DNA of 64,000 nt from Elsinoe ampelina. Taxonomy: Eukaryota. The DNA is taken from positions 62,001 to 126,000 of the forward strand of contig ML992501.1 in assembly GCA_010093995.1 (NCBI GenBank), written 5' to 3'. Below are positions 50,001 through 64,000 of this stretch, piece by piece (positions within the stretch are counted from its first letter, which is position 1; the number at the start of each line of letters is the position of its first letter). Position numbers and translations under genes: made by a program. The notes under the pieces are model-generated. The model made no database searches. It was not told where the DNA came from and saw nothing but the letters and a program-made list of their open reading frames with translations.

Positions 50001-50551
50001 GATAAGGAGTGCTAAAGAACTTAAGGGATAGTCGAATTTAGCGGATTATAGCTCTAGCTACCTTAGTAGTAGCATAAATAGCACAGTTAGTGTACTCTTT
50101 AGCGAGTAAGAACTATACGTCTACCAGTTTTAATTTGGCTATCCGATGATTAACTATGACAGTAATAACCTAATTAGAGCGGTATAGCGACTATTACACC
50201 TTTTTTCAGCTTCAATTTATCGGTATTCTCTATGGACTTCTAGCTAGCCAAATTTGATAACGAGAGGTCGACGCGGAGTATAACACGCCAAGCCCGGGGT
50301 GGCTCGGTTGAACTCAAAACGACTGTATCACAAAAAGTTCTCGCTACAAACACAGCTATGTAATAAGCCAGATCTATCATTCACTTTTGAAGCCCTTGCT
50401 CCAACCATGCTGTCTGACCAAGGAATCTTACCTCGATCACGACTTGAACATACCATGTACACTAATGTGGCGTCCGCAGAACGCCCATCGCTGTTCACCT
50501 CCCCACAAGCACCGTTTTTGTTGCCGGTTCCCATCACGGGGCCATCCTCCC

Positions 50552-53285
50552 TCAATCAAGCGGGATACCTTCATACTCTGCGTAACCCAATGCCAAATTC
50601 ATGTTCTGCAGGCACTGGGTCGCAGCACCCTTCAACAGATTGTCAATTGTGACATTGATGACTGCTCGCTTGCCTCCACTGTGCACAGCGAAAGATCCAA
50701 TCTGCACGTGGTGCTTGCCTGCAATCTGCTTTACCAGGGGTGCTTCACCTGTAATTTTGACTAGCTTCTCGCCGGCGTATCTGTCCTGGTAGAGTTGGCG
50801 TACGTCTCGGGAGGCCATCTTTTCGGCTAGTGGTAGAGAGATGGTGTGATGAATACCCGCAAACCACACTGCCACGTGAGGGATGAAAGCCACTTCGCGA
50901 TCCAGCTGAGCTGAAATTTCTCGCTCATGAATGTGATCGGTAAGACTGTACGGGATGAGATTGTCCGTAAGGTATTTCACATCGTTCTTTGGGCTCGGCT
51001 TGGTGCCTGCGCCTGAGTATCCGGAGACGCCAAAGACTGTAGGATTTGCCGGGGAAGGGGCGAGGTGAGGAAGAAGAGGCGCGATGCCGAGCTGAGCAGC
51101 CGTGGCATAACAGCCAGGGTTGCTGATACGCTTGGCTCCAGCAATACTGCTACGCTTGACAAGTTCAGGCAGACCGTAGGTCCAGCTCGAATCGAAACGG
51201 TAGTCCGCAGAAAGGTCGATGACAACACTGTCCTGATGGCTTGATTCGTTGATCGCATCAACATACGGCTTGCAGACACCATTGGGGAGGGCCATGACCC
51301 AGCAATCGACCGATCCCTTGTCAGCCATCTTGCGCACGTCGTCAGGACTCAAGTTTTCGTAGATGATCTCCCGCTTGGTGTAATCGGCTAGCTGCTTGCC
51401 TGCCAACTCTCGCGATGACACGTGCCGGAGATCCATGTTGGGGTGTCTGTTGATCAGCTCGATAAGAGCTTTCCCAGTATAGCCACGCGCACCGATGATG
51501 GCAATCTTGGAGGGATAGTCTTTCTCGCTGTTCTTGATGCCAAGAGGCGGGTTCGGGTTCGTCGAGGTAGCGTATGTGCGTCGGGATGGAACGAATGATC
51601 TGCTAGAATCAGATAGACTCCACTGTCTAGAGTGATGAAACTCACCTCGCCTTGTTAGTGCGCTGCCATGACTGCGAGCTTGGCCGAGCGGAAGTAGAGT
51701 AAGCGCGAGCTTGATTGAGCGTCTCACGGTGGGTCTGGATGCGCTGAGCACTCTCTCGGATCTTCACAGCTGCTGCTGCCGCCCTGTGAAGTTGGCTTTC
51801 AAGGTTGACATCGCCAAACATCTGTCTGCCGTTCTGTACAAACTCCGCCATGAGCTCTCTGACCTCTTCTGGAGACTCAATGCCGTACCAGAACAATACC
51901 TCACCATTTCGAGCAATGCTACCATCTGCTTTCTCCGAGAACCATGTCAGATTTTCATCATCCTGCTTCACAGTCCATGCGAGCTTGGAGAAGTCCCGCT
52001 TGAGACTTTGAAAGACGTTGTCGGCAATGTTTGTGAGCCAGCCACCACGTGTCATCGTCAATGTCGAAAGGTGAGCCAACGGAGTGGGTGAAGATCCTTG
52101 TGGTGGAAGAACAATAGCAAGTGCCTCCATAGCTTCGTCATAGTAAGCCTTGAATGTGCGGTCCTTCAAAGTGTCCAAGTATCGATCGACGACAGACATT
52201 GAGTCTAAGCCTTCTCGCTCGCGAACAAGGACTTGCTTGAGCTTTTGCAAGTCTTCAAACTCTTCGACCTTGGAAGCCTCGTACAGCTTGGTCCCACGAC
52301 GAATCAAGGTTCCGGCACCACTGTGGGTAAATAATTCCTTCTCGAGGTTTTCCGGGTGGATGATGGCAACGCTGGAGGATCTTGGGAGGTGGTCGAGCAG
52401 GTCCTTGATGTCTCGAATCTTTGATCGTGTCCCGTGAATGACCCATTTCATGCCCATGTAGCGGTCGTATTCCTCGTCCAGGTTGATGGCCTCGATCAAC
52501 TTGCCAGTCTCCTTGTTGTGCAAACCACCCTTCTCAGAAAGATAGACAATCTTCAGTGGCACGAGAGCCTTCGCAAGTTCGGCGGCCGCCTTATCGGCAT
52601 TGACGTTCAGTACCTGGCCTTCTTCACTTTCCGCCATACATGTCAAGACAGGAATGTAGCCATCGGCGATTGCGTTCTTGATCGAAGCGGTATTGACCTT
52701 ATCGACCTCGCCGACCAGCTTGAAGGTTTCATAGTCCTTGTACTTGGCTCCCAACACTCCTGACGTAATCGGTCTGGCTCTGACGCCCCATGATTCCAAA
52801 GCTTCGACAAGCTTCAAATTCTCTTCCAAGAATAGCTTGCGGGCTACTCCAAGCGTCTTTCCGTCTGTGATGCGAATGCCTTCGGAATATTGTGGTTCCA
52901 CTCCCGCCTCTTCGAGCAATTTGTTCAACTGGGGTCCGGCGCCATGGATGATGACAGGGAAAAGACCCATCTGGTTGAGGTTGCGGAGAGACGCACATAG
53001 TACGTCAATGTAGTCTGTCAAGATGGCACCTCCAACTTTGATCACGGCGAATTGCTGAGACTCGACTGAAGTGAATTGGGCAAGGTACTGCTGGACCTCA
53101 CGCTTGGAAGCGATATTGTTGAGTACATTAATGACGGCCGATCGGGCAGACGCATCCTCATGTCGCGATGAGAGTGCGGTAGCGTATGTTCTGCGTAAAC
53201 ATGTCGCGAGAGGGGCAGCACCAGCACGGAGTTGCTGAGGTCTGACCAGCCGGCGCAAAGACCGGAGGGCCGGCCTGGCCAGCAT
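50552..53285 (-). CDS. ARG5,6: Mitochondrial polyprotein: acetylglutamate kinase + N-acetyl-gamma-glutamyl-phosphate reductase
   Basis: Presequence; QFAVIKVGGA, HGAGPQLN, LNVNAD; intron 51600-51645; linker RAYST...RRTYATST; IIGARGYTG, DLSADYRF, ISNPGCYAT, DNLLKGAATQCLQNMN. Confidence 0.96.
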
Positions 53286-53432
53286 CTTGACGACTACCGT
53301 GACTGGGCAAGCGGCTGTCGGTATGTAATTGGTCTAAGGTTCTTCTCAAGCGCCTTCAGAGAATAGAGTGGAGAGTTCAATCGACAATGGTACGAAACGA
53401 AAAAGGTGTGACGAAAAGTGAAAGCAGAAATC

Positions 53433-53438
53433 GAGTCA
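53433..53438 (-). promoter_or_regulatory. Putative Gcn4/CpcA (cross-pathway control) site TGACTC upstream of ARG5,6
   Basis: GAGTCA on + strand, ~150 bp upstream of the ARG5,6 ATG; core hexamer only. Confidence 0.45.
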
Positions 53439-53899
53439 AGGTAACGCCGCTATCGGCATGCAGGGCCAAGAAAGCCGACATCACCATCGCCGCGGACAAG
53501 CGAGCATCCTGGTTATTTTTATGTCCCACGTCTCGAAGAGACTGGCGAATTCGAAAGTGCGTATCGACGGAGATGGTAGCTTTATTCATATTTGCAGTTC
53601 CGAAACAGCCATGGGTCATAAATGAAAACCCGCCGTAATATTGCACTTTCGGGGGTGAACAAGTGGGGCTCTTGTTTGCTTGATATTCAACTCACCGGCA
53701 GCAACAAGCACATGTTCAATGCAATCGCCATCATCTTCTGTGTGCGAGTCGATGAAAGATACTGCCACTTCAATTGATCGCAAGCAGCATTTTTTGTCTC
53801 TCTTCCATGTTTCATCAATTGGTGTGAAATTGTCCTCGGATCGTCACCCGAACAATCGCCGAGCATCTTATCGATAAGATTATCCTCGGATCTTGCACT

Positions 53900-53922
53900 T
53901 CACGTCGCGTCGCGTCACGCGG
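53900..53922. promoter_or_regulatory. Clustered MCB-like (ACGCG) elements upstream of SMC5
   Basis: cacgtcgcgtcgcgtcacgcgg contains three ACGCG/CGCGT cores 65-85 bp before the ATG of a DNA-repair gene. Confidence 0.5.
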
Positions 53923-53985
53923 TCTTTTACTCTATCCTACGAGAACATATTCACTCACTGGCAATTCTGCTCGCGCAACGTCACG

Positions 53986-57535
<3,550 letters not shown>

Positions 57536-57699
57536 TGATCTGTATATAATATCAAGAGCACAACTTGTGGTCGCTGTATTTCTAGGCTACCTCCGTCGTA
57601 TGAATCAATGGCTTGATAGAATTCAATCATGATGTCCGAAATATGCTCAATTTTGTTGACTTGTGTGTGGGGAGGAAAAAGGATTAATTACTGCCTAAA

Positions 57700-60600
57700 C
57701 TACTAAAATGAGGTAGATTGTAACTACATAAATACTTAACCTAGTGTACTAAAAGATAGCTAAATTAAAAGAACTCCTTAATAGCAACAGATTAAGACAA
57801 TAATTATCTAATTTAATTATAAATTAGTAAAATAGTAAGATAGTGTTTAGTTTAGCCTTAGGATAAACTAAATTAGAGTCTTCTTAGCTAATGCGAGATA
57901 GATACGAACTAGATTTAGTTAGGATCTAGTTTAGATTAGTCACGTGATCTCGGCATTATAGCCCGGGCTTCCGGCCGCTCTGCCCTTAATATTACATGTG
58001 CTTTATATACTAGCTTTTCTTCTTCTTCTTCTAAGTCTTAATATCTTAATAAATAGACATAATTAACCTCTTATCTTACTAGTTATAATTACTATATCGA
58101 GACTTTAAAACAACTATAACTAAGCAATAGAGCTATTAAATTATCTAGTTATTCTACTACTTATATAACTACTAATAACTACTACTTACGAAGAATTAAA
58201 GAATTAAAGAAGAAGCTATTATAACTATAGTTCCTATGTACACTATAATAGATCCTTACTACTACTATATAGGTCAATACTATAAATCTTAAAGATATAA
58301 GAAGAAGATAATAAGTTAAGTTATAGATAACTCTTAAAGAAAGTAGGCTACTAGCTAAAAATTTTAATATTCTCTTTATTATATATTAATGTTTTACACT
58401 GTTTTATTTACGACTAACTATACTAAGCATAGCTCGATCTAACTATAGCAACGAAGAGTACTACTAAAGTAAGCTACCTTAACCTATTCTTAATAATAAT
58501 AATACTCTTATTTACTCTCTCTACTATAATCTTTTTGCCCTCTCTAATACTATACTCCTTAAGAAGCTATAGAAAGAGTATAGTATATAGGCACTAAGAG
58601 ACGTATTTAACTATATTAAGTCCTTCTATAATAAGTAAACTACATAGGTAAAAGGCGCTTATACTAATACTCTCTACTATTACTACGAGTTAGATACTAC
58701 TTAGGCTTAGCTCGGCAACCTCTAATCCGAACTAGATATATCTTAGTTCTATGCCGATAGTATTACTACCTAAGCTACTCGCTACCTAGACAAAATCTAA
58801 GAGCTTAAGGCTAAGGTAAACTAACTAAGAAACAAGATAGAGTATAGTATACTAGCCCTTTCTATACGTAGCTCTACCTTATTAGAAAAGATACTAGACT
58901 CTACTATCTTTAGTATAGGTATACTAGAGTAGTTCGAGGTCTTTAAGCACTAGATAAGGAATAAGATATATATTAATATAGATTATTTCTCTATAAGAGA
59001 TACCTAGTTTACCTATCTATACTTATGCCTCTCTAGAGAAGCCTATACCCTTATTATAGACTTAGCTAGTAATAACGTTATTAGCGTTAAAGAGGTCCTT
59101 ACTCTCCTAGCCTAGCGCTTTAAGAATCCTAACTATAGGGCTACTATATATACTTAGTTTACTAACCTCTTCTAATGTAATAGTATATTTAACTCCTTTA
59201 TTAGTAAGTTTAATAAGTACGCCCTTTACACTAAGATTGCTAAAGAGAAGTAGCTATACTAGATCTATTAGAAGATATCTAATAAGCTACGTAATGCTCT
59301 AGTTAACTATAACACTAATAACCTTACCGCCTTTATTACTAAGGCCTACACTACTAACTATAACATCTAATAGAATAACCTTATTACTAAGCGTACTTAG
59401 GCTTTACGTTCTATACTAGCTATAAGCTACGCCGCTACTATACCTACTTATATACCTTATTTTACCTCTATACCTATAGCTTTACTTACCTTCTACTCTA
59501 TTGCCGGAGGTGCTTTATAGCCTTTCTATCTAGCTCTAGTACTTACCTATTACACATGTAGTAAGCCTAGATATATCTCTACTAAGTATATAGCTAGCGC
59601 CTTAGAGAAGGCTACTTATACTACTATACGCCCTATGCGTATTAGCGCTATAAAAGAGATATAATAGCTCTAGAATTACTTAGCCGAATTAAGCAACTAA
59701 GTCGATACTAGTTCGGCTTATAAACTAGATCTAGTTTAGCCTTAGTTTAACCCTAAAATAGATTATAAGTCTACTAACCTATCGGGCTAGAGAAATAAGT
59801 AGCTAGAGGATAAGTTCTATTCTCTAGTAGAATAAGAGCAATTCGAGATAGATCTAGAGGTATATAGTTATTAAATAGCGTTATTAGCTACTACATCCCT
59901 ACTATTATAACTCCTATTACTATTTACGACCCTTATAACTACTCTTATACTATTACACTTTAAGCCTTTATCGATACTAGCGCGCTTATTAGCGCTATAG
60001 TTAATTATAACATTCTTAATAAGCTAAAGAGCTTTAGCTATCCTATAGCACTAGCTAGTTCTATTTAGCTTTAAGCCTATAATAGTGTTCTAATAGAGTA
60101 AGTTATATATAGTATTCCCCTTACTACTACTGTTTCTAGTAAGCTAAATAACCTTACTACCTTTTATATTATAGATATTAGCCGATTTAATATTATTCTT
60201 AGCCTTAGCTAGCTTAAGGCTAATAGAGCTACTATCGACTATAAGTATAGCCGAGTTATATATAAAGAAGAGTTTTCGCTAACAGTTGTTAAGTAGAAGC
60301 TACTATAGCTAATTAAAAGGCTAGAATCTAGATCTAAGCCTAGCTTAGATCTAGGAATCTAGCTTAGTAAAGCCGCCGCCCTAGTTTAGAACTAGTTTAG
60401 TTCTAGTCTAACTCGTAAACTAAGTTCTAGCTTAGCTACTAAGTTAGGACGAACTAGACTATATTAGCTACTAGCTCTTAAGTCGAACTTTAAGCTAAAT
60501 TAGAGAGAGTTTAAGCTAATCTCCTATAGTACTTAGTTAATATATAAGTTCTCCTACGTACTTACCTACGTAAGTAACACTAAATAAGAAGAGCTAACTA

Positions 60601-62694
60601 TTACCTTTATTAGTATAGCTGCCTTTATATTAGTAGCTAAATACTAAGAGAATAAGGTATTTATAATCTTAGTAAAGGATATTAAAGACTACTACTAGAT
60701 AGCCTCTAAGCTAGAACTAGATTCTATAGTAGTTCTCCTAGAGGAGTTATAGAAGTTTACTAATATCTTCTCTAAAGAATAATCTAATATACTTCCTTAG
60801 TATCGGCCGGATTTCGACAACTATATTATACTTAAAGATAGTACTAAGCTACTATATATAGAGCCTTTACGCTACCTATTACTATAAGAACTCGATATAG
60901 TAGAATAATTTATCTAAGAATATCTTAATAAAGGCTTTATTATACTAAGTTCCGCTAGCTATTCCTTACCTATTTTCTTTATTTATAAGCTAGATAGAGA
61001 ACTTTATCTCTACGTTAACTACTATAGCCTTAATAAGGTAACTAAGTAAGACGTCTATCCTTTACCTCTTATTAAAGAAACACTTACGTGTATAAGTAAG
61101 GCTAAATAGTTTAGTAAGATTAATATCTATTAAGCCTTCTACTGCCTCTATAACTCCGTCGATAGTAAAGATCTTACTATATTCTCTATACGCATAAGTA
61201 ACTTTAAGTAGCTAGTAATACTATTCGGCCTTACTAACGCCTCTATAGTATAGTAGAGGTTTATAAATTATAACTTTGTTAATATACTAGAGCGCTTCGT
61301 GTTAATCTACCTCGATAATATTCTTATTTATACTAATAGCTCTCGCTAAGAGTATGCTAAGTATATTAAGCTAGTACTCTAAAGACTCTACGAATTAAGC
61401 CTAAATACTAATATTAAGAAGAGCAAGTTCTACCTAATAGAGATAAAGTATCTTAGTATTATTATTGGCCGAGATAGAGTTAAAATAGATCTAAAGAAGA
61501 TAGAAGCTATATAAGTCTAGAAATAGCTAGCTTCTAGTAATACTACTTAGGTAAGAAGCTTTATTAGTTTCTATAGCTACTATCGCTACTTTATTAAGGG
61601 ATTTAGTACTATTACTAAGCTACTAAACGATCTTCTTAAGAAGGACACTACACTATAGAACAATAAGTATACTACTATATTTAACTATATAAAGTATACT
61701 ATTATAAGTGTGCTTATCCTTACGTACTTTAATTACTTAAAGTAGATAGTCCTTAAGACTAACACCTCCGATACTACTACTACTAGAATTCTATTATAAT
61801 ATAATAAGTCTAACGTTCTCTAGCCTATTACCTTTCTTAGTAAATCTATAAATAAAGCTAAATATAACTACGCTATCTATAACAAGAAACTACTAGTAAT
61901 TGTCTAAGCCTTTAAAAAATAAGCCTCTAAGCTTATAAGTACTTAATCTAATAAGGCTATCTACGTTCTTACTAACTACTAGTCCTTAATATACTTTATA
62001 AAGACTTAGAAGCTATTACGCTACTAAGTGCACTAGGCTCTCTACCTTATATAGTTTAACTTTAAGATTATATATAGGCCTAGCGCTACTAATAGCAAAG
62101 CTAACACGCTTATAAGGAGAAATAGAGACGTACTACGTTTAAAAGAAGACCTTAATCTACGCTAGATACTACTACTATATAAGGTGCTAGATTAGCGTAT
62201 TATTAACAAACTAAATCTAAGTCGTATCTAAACTAGATTACTAATCTAAGCTAAACTAAGATCTAGTTTAGTATCTAGTTTATAAACTAGTTTACTATCT
62301 AGTCTATTATCTATTTTACCTCCTATTTTGCTACCTATATCGGTGCCTATTTCGGCTACTAAACTAGGCATCTATATAGTACCTATCTTAGCTATAGAAG
62401 AGCCTTTACTCCTTTTCGACGAAGTAGCTAAAGCTAACCTATAAGACCTTAATTTCGAGATAGTTTATAGTATCTACTATATAATAGAAGCCTTCCTAAA
62501 GAGGAAATAGCTACCGTCGACTAATATTACAATTAAAAAGGGAATACTATAGGCTAATAGCCGACTAATTATGCCTTTCTCTATAGCTACGAAGGTTATC
62601 TAAGAAGTTTATTATAATAAAGATAAGATATTAGAGCTAGAAAGACAAGTATATAGGAGTAGAATAGGTGTTATACTAGTATACCCTCGATTAT
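57700..62694 (+). mobile_element. Ty3/Gypsy retrotransposon remnant (gag-pol), RIP-inactivated, truncated in the integrase region
   Basis: TpA-rich. Degenerate CCHC knuckle (C)YTC(G)KP(GH)..(C) at ~59548, RT IYLD(D)IL at ~61305, RNase H (E)T(DA)SD at ~61755. Boundaries approximate. Confidence 0.85.
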
Positions 62695-64000
62695 TGTAAG
62701 ACTAATCTCTACTCTATCTATTCTATAGGTAAGAAGTGTTTTATCCTTCTATAGAGAATAGTATCTCTAGAGTAAGCTAGCGTAGTATACTTACTACGTT
62801 AGTTCTTATAATTATTCTCCCTCTTCGAGAGGTATACTCTTACGCCTATAAGCCTTAATAAAACCTAGAAAACCTAGTATAGGAGAAAACTAGAAAAGAG
62901 TATCTTACTAGTGCCTCTTAGGTATAGCGCACTCTTTACGCGTATAGCGTACCTATAGTAGCCTATACTATTCTTTATATACTAGATGTAGTAATAACAG
63001 TATAATTCTTTATATATAAAATATAGCGCTCTTATATTGTTATTTTTATATATAAGAATCTACCTATTATTATATACTACTACCTATTATTCTCTAGATT
63101 AGTCTTAGCTTAGAGCTAGATATATATTCTTCTCTTCTTCTTCTCTTCTTCTTTTCTTCTTTATAATACTTCCTTCGCGTAAGTATTCTACTTAATACTA
63201 GCTCTATACTTATATAAGTCTAATACTATACTAGTAATCTATTTTAGGTACTATATAGTATAGACTAGGTCTTACTAGCCTAAGGGCTAGTAGAGGAGAC
63301 TTAGTATATACGCTAAGCCTATACTACTATAGATCTAGCTATTAGGCTTGTCTATTTAGTTATTTATTTACTAACCTAGTATAGCACCTACGTAGCAATT
63401 TTTTTCCCTTTATTATTCTAGCTCTACGCTAGCTTACCTTCTATATACTTATATACTTTAATAACTATAGCCCCTAAAGTTCCTAAGGAGTAAGTATTAT
63501 ATATAGTACTTACGCTACGCCGGCGCTAACCTTTTATAGACCTTATAAGAGCGATTTTACTAACTAGAACTAGTACTCTATACTATACTTATACTATACT
63601 ATTGCTATCGATAAGCACCTCTAGCTTAAAGATAGTACACTTTCTATTAAGGATTCTCTCTACTAGATTACTAAGGCTAAGGCTACCTACTATAATCGTT
63701 ATAGTTATAGTAATAAATACTACTACTAGGTATACTCTATACCTATACTACGCCTACTTTATACTAACCTTAGTAGCCTACTAAGCTCGACTTTAAGAAT
63801 TAAGTTACTACTAAGAAGCTCTAGGATAAATACTTTACTACGTATATGCTACTCTATAATAATACTACTACTCCTAAGAAGAATATTATTCTTCTAAAGC
63901 GCTAGATTACTACCTATACTAACTATATACGCGAGAAGGCTAGCGCTAAGCGTATATAGAGCAAGTCTAATGCTAAGGGCAAGAGTAAGGTAGTTAATAA
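62695..64000. mobile_element. Further RIP-degraded repeat, probably a second nested LTR element running off the window
   Basis: pol-like reading breaks at TGTAAG (62695); AT/TpA-rich sequence continues to the window end. Confidence 0.45.

Larger units (their letters stand above)
39895..50325 (-). mobile_element. Tc1/IS630-like DNA transposon (RIP-inactivated), interrupted by a nested LTR element
   Basis: 40-bp TIRs CAGTCGTTTTGAGTTCAACCGAGCCACCCCGGGCTTGGCG at 39895-39934 and 50286-50325, TA duplications. Degenerate YLPPYSPDFNP motif on the minus strand at ~49320-49352. Confidence 0.9.

Noticed and set aside
51540..51720. Two-enzyme fusion with an internal presequence-like linker in ARG5,6
   Set aside because: Well-known fungal polyprotein processed in mitochondria; not novel

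Overview
Filamentous ascomycete genomic DNA with short GT-AG introns, CTAAC/CTGAC branch points and RIP-mutated transposons. Eurotiomycete/Chaetothyriales-like origin is an inference only. Genes in order: fumarase, a monocarboxylate-type MFS transporter, an internally deleted MSC7-like aldehyde dehydrogenase next to a 50-N gap, an FMN alpha-hydroxy-acid dehydrogenase, POP1, a Sel1-repeat chitin-synthase activator, a FAT1-like acyl-CoA synthetase, a PTH11-like membrane protein, a second MFS transporter, SGF11, a GH16 hydrolase, ARG5,6 and SMC5. There are three AT-rich, RIP-destroyed blocks: a Fot1/pogo transposon (10145-12859), a Tc1-like element carrying a complete nested chromovirus (39895-50325), and Gypsy remnants from about 57.7 kb to the window end. 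The standout is a 10.5 kb array (23443-33975) of 11 highly diverged paralogues (10 intact, 1 pseudogene) in both orientations. They encode ~90-110 aa non-secreted proteins with an invariant 15-Cys/His scaffold, a hypervariable loop, TATA-like boxes seen for five copies and a shared 3' intron. I do not recognise this family.
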